37,932 nucleotides of DNA from positions 1-37,932 of the IMG/VR virus record IMGVR_UViG_3300009506_000100. One strand, 5' to 3'. Source of the stretch: a virus. This document shows positions 7,831-15,620 of the stretch, piece by piece (the first letter of the stretch is position 1; each line of letters opens with the position of its first letter). The notes under the pieces were generated by a model. The model was given only the letters and a program-made list of their open reading frames with translations. It searched no databases and was not told the DNA's origin. A program made the position numbers and the translations under genes.

Positions 7831-8657
7831 AAACCGTAACCGCAAATCCGGCGTATAAGGTCTACTGCTTAAGGATTGTGCCCAATTGGGGCAGCCCGAT
7901 TCACATTACGAACCATGTGCGCGATCTGAAGATGGGCGCTAATACGTACAAGAGTGACTACGGGTATCGGTTCTCTGGGCAGGCCAGTGAATCGAACATG
8001 TCTCCCGGCGTGATGGACCTTGAGGGCGTCGCCAATATCGCCGGTATCAGCCGCGACCAGATCGTGTCCGGTGTGTTTGATAATGCACGTGTCTATTGCT
8101 TCGCGACGACGTGGGTTGTTCCAACTGAAGACGAAGAGCCGATCGGCCTCGCTTTGATGGGCAAGATAAAGATGGAAGACGACCGCTACACGGCTGAGCT
8201 TATGCACATCGTCGACGCGCTCAATCAGACCGTTGGCGATACGTATATGCCGAGTTGTCCGAAGACGTTTGGCGGGCAGGGATTTGCTGGGTGCAAGGTT
8301 TCGTTAGCCCCGATCACCAAGACCGGCACCCTAACCTCAGTTACGAGTAACTCAGCTTTCACCGATTCTGCGCGGACGGAACCTGCGGATTGGTTTGGTG
8401 AGGGGACAATCGCATTCACAAGTGGGGCGAACGCTGGACTCAAGCCCCAAATGATAAGGTGGTTCAGCGCTGGTGACATAGTGACGCACGAGCCGTTCCA
8501 CTACCCGGTGTCGGTCGGCGATGCATACATCATCATTCCGGGGTGCCGCAAACGTCTGGTGGATTGCCGCGACAAGTGGGGGAACGTACCAAACTTTGGC
8601 GGGTATAGCTTTATCCCGGCGTCTAGCGTGTACACGCAACAGGGGAACAGAAGATGA
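7827..8657 (+). CDS. Tail hub protein, DUF2163 / RcGTA gp13-like (276 aa)
   Basis: The C-terminal motif PGCRKRLVDCRDKWGNVPNFGGYSFIP matches the characteristic GC...C...F.N..NF.GFP.IP signature of this family. ATGA overlap with the upstream gene. Confidence 0.75.
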   Translation: MKTVTANPAYKVYCLRIVPNWGSPIHITNHVRDLKMGANTYKSDYGYRFSGQASESNMSPGVMDLEGVANIAGISRDQIVSGVFDNARVYCFATTWVVPTEDEEPIGLALMGKIKMEDDRYTAELMHIVDALNQTVGDTYMPSCPKTFGGQGFAGCKVSLAPITKTGTLTSVTSNSAFTDSARTEPADWFGEGTIAFTSGANAGLKPQMIRWFSAGDIVTHEPFHYPVSVGDAYIIIPGCRKRLVDCRDKWGNVPNFGGYSFIPASSVYTQQGNRR

Positions 8658-9070
8658 CAGCTGATGAAGTAATCGCCGCAGCAAGGGAATGCATAGGCAC
8701 ACCATTCATGCATCAGGGCAGAGTCGTTGGGCGTGGTCTTGACTGTGTGGGTGTGGTGATCCATGTTGCTCGTCGTTTGAATTTGAAGGTCGTGGAGCCT
8801 GCCGGGTATGGTCGTGTACCAGCCAGAGGCATGCTGGAAAACGCGTTCGATTCACATGCCTGTGTTGAGCGTGTGGGTATAGCCGACATGCAGCCGGGTG
8901 ATATCCCGATGTTGCGATTTGGTCGTGACCATCAGCACGTTGGGGTTTTTACCGGCGATACGCTGATTCATGGATATGAGGGGGTCGGATTCGTCTGCGA
9001 GCACAGGATAGACGAAGAGTGGCGCAGCCGCATTAGCCGTGTGTATAGATTCATCGGGGTTGTTCCATGA
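8654..9070 (+). CDS. NlpC/P60-family cell-wall peptidase, tail-associated (RcGTA gp14-like), 138 aa
   Basis: Catalytic Cys context GRGLDCVGVV and a downstream His in HQHVGVF. Position between the hub and the host-specificity protein matches GTA-like tails. Confidence 0.75.
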   Translation: MTADEVIAAARECIGTPFMHQGRVVGRGLDCVGVVIHVARRLNLKVVEPAGYGRVPARGMLENAFDSHACVERVGIADMQPGDIPMLRFGRDHQHVGVFTGDTLIHGYEGVGFVCEHRIDEEWRSRISRVYRFIGVVP

Positions 9071-12000
9071 GCCTTGGTCAGGGATTAGGTGGTGTAGTAG
9101 GCGCAGTTGCCGGGTTCTTTATTGGCGGTCCCGTTGGCGCGTTGTATGGTGCGCAGATCGGCATAACTGCCGGTGGCATCATCGATCCTCCAAAGGGTCC
9201 GACTCTTGTAGGCCCGCGCCTTAATGACTTATCCGCGCAGACGTCAACATATGGCGCAACGCAACCCCGTAATTACGGGTCGTCTGCGCAACTCGGCAAC
9301 GTCTTTTGGTTGCAGGGCGATAAGCTTGAGGAAGTGGCCACCACAACAACCAGCGGCGGCAAGGGTGGTGGGGGCGGCACAAAGAGCACCACGTACAGTT
9401 ATTACGCTACTTTTGCTGTTGGGTTATGCAAGGGTCCGATCGACGGGGTGCGTCGCATCTGGATTGGTAATCAGTTGTGGTATGATGCAGGCAGTGACGA
9501 CATCGCGACCATCATTGCAAGCAATGAGAATGCAGGCTCGTCGTCACCGTGGGGGGCTGCCATAGGGCTTTTTACAAGTCTCATCACCACAGTTGCAACG
9601 AAGAATTACAACCCGGCCAAATTTAAGTTGTACACAGGCACCGACACCCAAGAGCCGGACCCGGCTATTCAGGCTGATCGTGGTGTTGCTAATGTGCCGG
9701 GGTACCGTGGACTTGCATATTTAGTATTCTATCGCCTTCCGTTGGAAAAGTGGTCAAACAGTCTAGTCGCCGCGCAGGTGAAGGTTGAAATCGTAAAGAA
9801 TGGTACGATAAGCTACGTCATCACCAACCTCGGGTCCATTGCTGCGGGCAACCACACGACTACGAGTGGCCCTTGGTCCCTTGCCGTACAAGCATCTCGC
9901 GCATACGTGGTCAACATCTATGACAACACGCTTGAAGCGTTCGATATCTCTGACCCATCGCACATGCGTTCGATCAAAAAGGTATCAACCGGTAATGCTC
10001 CAACGGTGGTGAGGGTGATGGGCAACTACGCCTATGTCTGTATATACAACAGCCTGCTGCAGATTTTCGACCTTAACGCAGATTCGCTAACTTTGGTTGG
10101 GCAGGTCAATACCGCAGTCGGCGGTGAACAGATGGACGTTGCGCGGATAGGTAATTTCACGTACGCGTTTGTGGGCGGCATCGTCGGCGGCTCTGGTTCT
10201 TTTCTGAAGATTTATGATGTAACTGACCCGACGTCCCCAATGCTGCTTAAGACGATCGCTTTGGGTAGCGGTATCTCGTACCCTCAGGGTAATGAGATCA
10301 GGTGCACGAACGGATACCTGTATGTAACGTCGACGTATCTTTTAGAAGTGTTTGATGTGTCGGTACCAGCCAACGCTTACCTCGTAGGCAGTCTCGCTCT
10401 GACAGGGAACCCCATGGGGATGGACGTCGGCGCTAATTACGCGTACATCTTGGATTATGGTGGGCAAATCCAGATCGTCGACATTTCTAACCCGGCGTCG
10501 CCATCCATCATCTCATCGGTTGCGACGTCTGGCAGTTGCCGTAAGCTCACGGTAGTTGGCGGGTACGCTTACGCGGTCAGTGCTACCACGGACGTTGTGG
10601 AGGTTTTTGACGTATCGAATCCACTCTCACCGTTCTTGGCTCAAACGGCACCGACCCTGTCTACCACGCCGTGGGACGTGTTCTCCTTTGACGGGTTCAT
10701 CTTCTACGTGACGATTGGCGGTTATCTTGAAGTGGCGTTCTTCTCGGGTAAGAAGATCACCGGCAACAGTGTGCAACTTTCCACCATCGTACAGGCAGAA
10801 TGCCTGCTGAGTAACTTAATCACTGCAGCCGATATCGATGTCACGGAGTTGACCGACCAAGTACGCGGTTATCGCATCGGGAGTGTCGGTGCTATACGCG
10901 CAGCACTGGACCCGCTCCGGGCTGCTTGGCCGTTTGATGTAGTGCCCGATGGTTACAAGATTAAGTTCAAACGGCGCGGGTCCGCTTCCGTGGCGACGAT
11001 CACCGAGAATGAGTTGGGCGCACGCGCTGCCGGCGAATCGCCTGCAGTGCGCGTAACTGAAAGTCGGGAGATGGACAGTGTGCTGCCCGGAAAAGTTGTT
11101 ATCTCGTACTCCGACGTTACGCGTGAATACGACGTTAACCAGCAGCAATACGAGCGCATCAACACCGACGCCATCAACGAGCGCGTCGTCGAGATGCCTA
11201 TTTCGCTAGTGGCAACCGAAGCGGCGAATATCGCGCAATCGCTCATGTACCTGTACTGGCTCGAACGCTACGATGTGTCGCTCAAGCTCCCACCATCTTA
11301 CTCAAGATTGCAGCCGGGTGATGTCATAACGGTGACAACTTCGAAGGCCAACTACGAGCTACGCCTGACTAGCACCAACTTGTTGCCCGATGGCCGTATA
11401 AACGTGGACGGCAAGTTAAATCAGGCGGCAATCTACACACCAACTGCGGCTGGTGAGGAAGGGCAGTCCACCGGGGGTGTGTTGGCGTTGGCCGGACCGA
11501 CCGTGTATCAGATACTTGATATGCCGCTATTGCGCGATGATGATGACACTGCTGGATTCTCGGTGGCGATGACCGGTGTGCTGACCGGCTGGCCGGGTGG
11601 GATTCTTTATCGCAGCGACGATTCTGGTCAGACATGGGTCGATATTGCGGCTGCGATAAGCCCCGGTGCAATCATGGGCTACACCACGAACAGCATCGGT
11701 GCTGCGGGCAGTGGGGTGTATGACTCGGCGTCAGTGCTCAATGTGAAGTTGTATCAGGGGGCACTTGCATCAGTCACTGATGACCAGCTGTTTGCCGGGC
11801 AGAACTGGTTTGCTTATGGTGCGCACGGGCGTTGGGAAATCGTCGCGGCAAGAACCGCAACACTGAAGATAGACGGGACGTTCGATTTGCAGGACTTCCT
11901 GCGCGGCCAACGTGGGACCGAATGGGCATCCGGGCTGCATCAAGCGGGTGATGTTCTGGTGCTGCTATCTGCCGCTGATTTGCAATTCGTTAGCGTCAAT

Positions 12001-12441
12001 AGTTCTACTATCGGCGCGTCGCGTGCCTATCGCGGCATCACAAGTGGGAAGTCGATGAACAGTGACTCCGACTTGAACCTTGCGTACGAGGGCGTCAACC
12101 TTGAGTGCCTCAGTCCCGTGCACTTGACGGGCAACCGGCACCCGACTACAAACGACTGGACGCTGTCATGGGTGCGGCGCAGCCGTTTTGACCAGTGGCG
12201 CGACTATGTGGACGAGCCGCTTGGGGAGGCGTCTGAGTCGTACGAAATCGACGTCTTCACTGACGGCACGTACACGACTGTGAAACGTACGCTTACCGCA
12301 TCCGCCCCGACTGTCACGTACACCAGCGCTGACCAAGTCACCGACTTTGGTAGCAACCAAACTACGTTGTACGTCAAAGTTTATCAGCTATCGGCCACTG
12401 TTGGTCGTGGCTACCCTCTAACGCAATCTATCACAAGGTGA
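9067..12441 (+). CDS. Host-specificity / central tail fibre protein (RcGTA gp15-like), 1124 aa, with an inserted seven-repeat LVIVD-type beta-propeller
   Basis: The N-terminal region (GGKGGGGGTKSTTYSYYATFAVGLCKGPIDGVRRIWIGNQLWYD, GYRGLAYLVF) and the later LSTIVQAECLLSNL...IDVTEL...VRGYRI...DPLRAAWPFDVV are typical of this family. Residues ~247-568 form repeats of the type NYAYV...LxIxDxSxPxxP. Confidence 0.8.
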   Translation: MSLGQGLGGVVGAVAGFFIGGPVGALYGAQIGITAGGIIDPPKGPTLVGPRLNDLSAQTSTYGATQPRNYGSSAQLGNVFWLQGDKLEEVATTTTSGGKGGGGGTKSTTYSYYATFAVGLCKGPIDGVRRIWIGNQLWYDAGSDDIATIIASNENAGSSSPWGAAIGLFTSLITTVATKNYNPAKFKLYTGTDTQEPDPAIQADRGVANVPGYRGLAYLVFYRLPLEKWSNSLVAAQVKVEIVKNGTISYVITNLGSIAAGNHTTTSGPWSLAVQASRAYVVNIYDNTLEAFDISDPSHMRSIKKVSTGNAPTVVRVMGNYAYVCIYNSLLQIFDLNADSLTLVGQVNTAVGGEQMDVARIGNFTYAFVGGIVGGSGSFLKIYDVTDPTSPMLLKTIALGSGISYPQGNEIRCTNGYLYVTSTYLLEVFDVSVPANAYLVGSLALTGNPMGMDVGANYAYILDYGGQIQIVDISNPASPSIISSVATSGSCRKLTVVGGYAYAVSATTDVVEVFDVSNPLSPFLAQTAPTLSTTPWDVFSFDGFIFYVTIGGYLEVAFFSGKKITGNSVQLSTIVQAECLLSNLITAADIDVTELTDQVRGYRIGSVGAIRAALDPLRAAWPFDVVPDGYKIKFKRRGSASVATITENELGARAAGESPAVRVTESREMDSVLPGKVVISYSDVTREYDVNQQQYERINTDAINERVVEMPISLVATEAANIAQSLMYLYWLERYDVSLKLPPSYSRLQPGDVITVTTSKANYELRLTSTNLLPDGRINVDGKLNQAAIYTPTAAGEEGQSTGGVLALAGPTVYQILDMPLLRDDDDTAGFSVAMTGVLTGWPGGILYRSDDSGQTWVDIAAAISPGAIMGYTTNSIGAAGSGVYDSASVLNVKLYQGALASVTDDQLFAGQNWFAYGAHGRWEIVAARTATLKIDGTFDLQDFLRGQRGTEWASGLHQAGDVLVLLSAADLQFVSVNSSTIGASRAYRGITSGKSMNSDSDLNLAYEGVNLECLSPVHLTGNRHPTTNDWTLSWVRRSRFDQWRDYVDEPLGEASESYEIDVFTDGTYTTVKRTLTASAPTVTYTSADQVTDFGSNQTTLYVKVYQLSATVGRGYPLTQSITR

Positions 12442-12445
12442 GAAC

Positions 12446-13102
12446 ATGTCTGATTCTACCAGCCTGCTGACCCAGCTTACTCCCGGCCAAGCCACCAAGG
12501 AACCAACCGTCAACGAACTGTTCAACGCAGTGAGTGGTGCCTCCGCGTTTGGTAAGAAGCAGTCTTCATCCGGTCTATCGTGGGACTATTACGGTCTGTC
12601 TCGTTGGTACATCAATGCTACGGCAACTGCGAAGGCCAACGGCACACTGACGCTCACCGCCTCAAGCACACGCTATGTCGCGTCCGATCGTGCGCTGGCA
12701 GTTACCGACAATGCAACTGCGTTCCCTCCCGATAAGCTCGCACTGTACAAGATCGTAACCGGTGCCAGCACGGTCAGCAGCCACGAGGACCACCGTGACC
12801 CGCACCACGTGAACCGCTTTTTATATGGTCGGTTTACGTTGGCCATGGCCGACGCCAATCAGACGCTCACGTATGAGCAGGCCATGTGCGAATCGATGGA
12901 GCTTACTGGAGCGCTAACTGCACTGCGCGATGTCGTGGTGCCTGCAATACCTCGTGATTGGAAGGTGTTTGCCAACACGACTGGTGGTTTTGGGGTCAGA
13001 ATAAAAACAGCAGCGGGGACCGGCATAACAATCGCGGATGGCAAACGGGCTATCGTTGAGTGCGACGGCACCAACGTGGTACGCGTCACTCCCGATACAT
13101 AA
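12446..13102 (+). CDS. DUF2793-like tail fibre-associated protein (218 aa)
   Basis: The N-terminus LLTQLTPGQATKEPTVNELFNAV resembles the conserved LP.l..GQaqKe.thNeAl start of DUF2793 proteins, which follow gp15-like genes. SD AAGGTGAG. Confidence 0.55.
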   Translation: MSDSTSLLTQLTPGQATKEPTVNELFNAVSGASAFGKKQSSSGLSWDYYGLSRWYINATATAKANGTLTLTASSTRYVASDRALAVTDNATAFPPDKLALYKIVTGASTVSSHEDHRDPHHVNRFLYGRFTLAMADANQTLTYEQAMCESMELTGALTALRDVVVPAIPRDWKVFANTTGGFGVRIKTAAGTGITIADGKRAIVECDGTNVVRVTPDT

Positions 13103-13117
13103 ATATGAGGACGGGTC

Positions 13118-13411
13118 ATGGCGGTATCAAGGGAAGAAGCACGGTTGATCGCGGAAGACGTTGTGCGAGCATGCCGGTCAGAAATCGATCACGAGATCAG
13201 GAAGTTGCACGATCACGACATCGAAAACGCATGGACGGAAGAACGCGCAAAGCAGATAGCGGAGGAAGCCGCGTCTATCGCCGTTACGCGCATTACGCAA
13301 AACTTCTATATGAGCGTTGGCAAGAAGTTTATAGCAACTGTCGGCGTAACGGTGGTGGCTTTAGTTTACTACTTGAAAGACGAGGTGACGAGATGGATTG
13401 GAAGCAGATAA
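13118..13411 (+). CDS. Small membrane protein (97 aa, single C-terminal TM). Holin or lysis-accessory candidate.
   Basis: Charged helical N-terminus followed by the hydrophobic stretch FIATVGVTVVALVYYL. SD GAGGACGGG. First gene of the lysis cluster. Confidence 0.55.
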   Translation: MAVSREEARLIAEDVVRACRSEIDHEIRKLHDHDIENAWTEERAKQIAEEAASIAVTRITQNFYMSVGKKFIATVGVTVVALVYYLKDEVTRWIGSR

Positions 13412-13587
13412 AAGACATCATCAAGCGCGAAACGCTGGGGTGGGTTGTTGCGCTGCTCATACTCGGCATGCTCCTGACGGCTATCGTGGACGTTGTGCAG
13501 GTTGCGTATCTCATCAGGCACGAGAACGCAATCGAAGCGCTGGAGCAGGGATATGCGGCGCACGAAGCAAGGGAGTCTGCTAAATGA
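13393..13587 (+). CDS. Small membrane protein (64 aa, one TM). Holin, antiholin or i-spanin-like candidate.
   Basis: ATG at 13393 after GAGGTGACGAG. TM segment LGWVVALLILGMLLTAIVDVV. ATGA overlap with the lysozyme start. Only this C-terminal part of the 175-aa track ORF (13060-13587) is plausible. Confidence 0.55.
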   Translation: MDWKQIKDIIKRETLGWVVALLILGMLLTAIVDVVQVAYLIRHENAIEALEQGYAAHEARESAK

Positions 13588-14636
13588 ACGCCCGCGACTT
13601 GGTCAAGCAATCCGAAGGCCTGAGGTACAAGGCTTATCGCGACTCGCGGGGTGTGTGGACTATCGGCTATGGCCACACCAAGGGCGTTGCTGAAGGGGAC
13701 ACGTGCACCAAGGAGCAAGCCGAATTATGGCTCGATGCCGACCTTGCATCCGCGTTCATGTTAATTGATCAGGTGGTGTCTTCGCCGCTGACCACCCAGC
13801 AGCGTGATGCGCTGGCTAGTTTTGTGTTCAACGTTGGACCGGGCTTGAAAGGAGATAACGACGGATTTTTGGTACTTAAGTCTGGGAAGCCGAGCACGAT
13901 CCTGCTGAAGTTAAACGCAGGCGACATGTTTGGTGCCGCAGACGAGTTGTTGAAGTGGACACGCGCAGGTAGCACCCACCCAGCTGGCTTGGTGGTCAGG
14001 CGCAAGCGGGAACGCGCATTGTTCCTGTCCGGCACCGACATCAATCCGGACCCTATTCCCACTCAGGAGGATAACGACATGGCACCATTTCTCATGGCAG
14101 CAATCCCGGCACTCATTCAGGAGTTGCCCAACTTCGCAAAGATTTTTCAGAATAAGGACGTCGCCGAGCGCAACGTTGAAGCAGTGACCAAGGCAGCGGA
14201 CATCATCGTTAAGTCGGTCCCCGGCGCGTCAAACCTACAGGATGCGGTCGAGAAAATCCAGACCGACCCTGAAGCGAAAGACGCGGCTAATGAAGCCGTG
14301 AAGATGAGCACGGCTGATCTGCTCGACGTCATCGAGCGCGTGAGTGCGATCGACCAGAAGAGCATCGACAGCGCCCGTGTGTTCAACGCTGGTGAACCGC
14401 TCATGATCAACAGCAAGCGCATCCAGATGAAGTTCTGGCATGTGCTCGCGCTGTTTGTCACCGTCGCGTTCCTTGTCGCAGTCGTGGTAGTCGCGGTCAA
14501 GTCGACCAACGAGGGCGAACGCATGATGATGTTTCAGGCGTTGATCGGCTCCTACCTGCTGATCATGGGCTTCGTGTTCGGGTCCAGCACCGGCAGCAAG
14601 GTGAAGGACTTCATGCGTGGCGGGCCACAGCCATGA
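13584..14636 (+). CDS. Endolysin: N-terminal GH24 (T4/lambda-type) lysozyme fused to a ~190-aa C-terminal region that ends in two TM helices (350 aa)
   Basis: GH24 catalytic pattern QSEGLRYKAYRDSRGVWTIGYGHT (Glu, Asp, Thr), plus QQRDALASFVFNVGPG. C-terminal hydrophobic helices FWHVLALFVTVAFLVAVVVVAV and MMMFQALIGSYLLIMGFVFGSS. Confidence 0.85.
   Translation: MNARDLVKQSEGLRYKAYRDSRGVWTIGYGHTKGVAEGDTCTKEQAELWLDADLASAFMLIDQVVSSPLTTQQRDALASFVFNVGPGLKGDNDGFLVLKSGKPSTILLKLNAGDMFGAADELLKWTRAGSTHPAGLVVRRKRERALFLSGTDINPDPIPTQEDNDMAPFLMAAIPALIQELPNFAKIFQNKDVAERNVEAVTKAADIIVKSVPGASNLQDAVEKIQTDPEAKDAANEAVKMSTADLLDVIERVSAIDQKSIDSARVFNAGEPLMINSKRIQMKFWHVLALFVTVAFLVAVVVVAVKSTNEGERMMMFQALIGSYLLIMGFVFGSSTGSKVKDFMRGGPQP
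14079..14636 (+). CDS. Possible in-frame internal translation product of the endolysin gene: membrane domain only, 185 aa, holin-like candidate
   Basis: A perfect AGGAGG at 14065-14070 lies 8 nt upstream of the in-frame ATG at 14079, at the boundary between the lysozyme domain and the C-terminal region. Confidence 0.3.
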   Translation: MAPFLMAAIPALIQELPNFAKIFQNKDVAERNVEAVTKAADIIVKSVPGASNLQDAVEKIQTDPEAKDAANEAVKMSTADLLDVIERVSAIDQKSIDSARVFNAGEPLMINSKRIQMKFWHVLALFVTVAFLVAVVVVAVKSTNEGERMMMFQALIGSYLLIMGFVFGSSTGSKVKDFMRGGPQP

Positions 14637-14974
14637 CGTACGAATACAGGCATGTTGGCGTGGTCCATGTCGTCGACGGTGATACCGTGAAGCTGATCGT
14701 CGACATGGGCAACAAAATCCGGTGGACTGAGAACTTCCGCTTGTTCGGGATCGATACACCCGAGCGGGGGCAGGTCAACCACGATGAGGCTACCGACTAT
14801 CTAAACAAGCTGTTGTCGAATGGGGTCACGCGGATCGTGACCTATAAGCCGGATAAGTATGGCAGGTGGCTCGTCGACATATGGGTTGCCATCGATGGCG
14901 GGGAGCTTCACGCAAATCACGCGATGGTCGTGGAAGGATTTGCCAAGGAGTATTTCGGCGGGAAGAAGGGCTAG
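14633..14974 (+). CDS. Staphylococcal-nuclease (SNase / thermonuclease)-like nuclease, 113 aa
   Basis: SNase pattern VVDGDTVKL ... FRLFGIDTPE ... DKYGRWLVDI ... NHAMVVEGFAKEY. ATGA overlap with the endolysin stop. Confidence 0.75.
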   Translation: MTYEYRHVGVVHVVDGDTVKLIVDMGNKIRWTENFRLFGIDTPERGQVNHDEATDYLNKLLSNGVTRIVTYKPDKYGRWLVDIWVAIDGGELHANHAMVVEGFAKEYFGGKKG

Positions 14975-14988
14975 CGCCTCTGGTGTGT

Positions 14989-15162
14989 TCATGGCATCAC
15001 CATCCACAGCTTAACAGCGATACCGATCGTGAGGAAAAACACACCCAAGATCAGCGATAACCCTAGCAGATGCCACCAGTGGTCCTCCTTAACCTTCATT
15101 GCCGTGAGATAGACAGCACCGTATGCGGCGCTAACCGTGAGTATGAAACCGATAGACGTCAT
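14989..15162 (-). CDS. Small two-TM membrane protein (57 aa), below the ORF-track cutoff
   Basis: Hand translation gives MTSIGFILTVSAAYGAVYLTAMKVKEDHWWHLLGLSLILGVFFLTIGIAVKLWMVMP. Its ATG overlaps the upstream stop (ATGA at 15159-15162). Confidence 0.5.
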   Translation of the reverse strand: MTSIGFILTVSAAYGAVYLTAMKVKEDHWWHLLGLSLILGVFFLTIGIAVKLWMVMP

Positions 15163-15620
15163 GATCTTCCCCTTCGTTGTGATTTGACCGGGGAGCTATG
15201 AGTATAGCTCCCTCCCCGTTTGACAACCTCCGTGATGGCACGACACAAGCCGGAGACGTCCTCGTAGACCAGCGCTCGGCTCGCCGCATCCGCCCACGGC
15301 AAATCCCTCGACTCCGCCAAGCTGCTCCACCTCCATAAGAAGTGGGCGTTGGGGGTGCCTATCCACAAGTAACAATGCCCCGACCCTTTGCTGCCGCGCT
15401 GTATGAGCCAATCCTGCTGCCCGTGCGTGTAGTGCTTGATCGCATTCAACGACTTTGGTATCTTCTCGCAGTACTTTATTTCGATCCAGCCGTCCGCACG
15501 GTGTGCGCTGAACGACAGGTCGGGTATGAAGTTCTGCACTGAGTCCTCGTGTTGCTGAGTCTTCCAGCCCAGCCCGCGCAGCAGGTCGGCTACTTCGTGT
15601 TTGTACTCCAGTTCTGTCAT
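15159..15620 (-). CDS. VRR-NUC / PD-(D/E)XK nuclease (153 aa)
   Basis: Motif NFIPDLSF ... DGWIEIKY ... HGQQDWL matches the PD...(D/E)xK core and the VRR-NUC pattern. ATGA overlap with the upstream gene. VRR-NUC genes often co-occur with phage SNF2 helicases. Confidence 0.7.
   Translation of the reverse strand: MTELEYKHEVADLLRGLGWKTQQHEDSVQNFIPDLSFSAHRADGWIEIKYCEKIPKSLNAIKHYTHGQQDWLIQRGSKGSGHCYLWIGTPNAHFLWRWSSLAESRDLPWADAASRALVYEDVSGLCRAITEVVKRGGSYTHSSPVKSQRRGRS

Noticed and set aside
13060-13392. N-terminal 111 aa of the 175-aa ORF 13060-13587
   Set aside because: This Arg-rich stretch overlaps the end of the DUF2793-like gene and the whole 97-aa gene in another frame. Only the final 64 aa, with its own SD and a TM helix, looks real.
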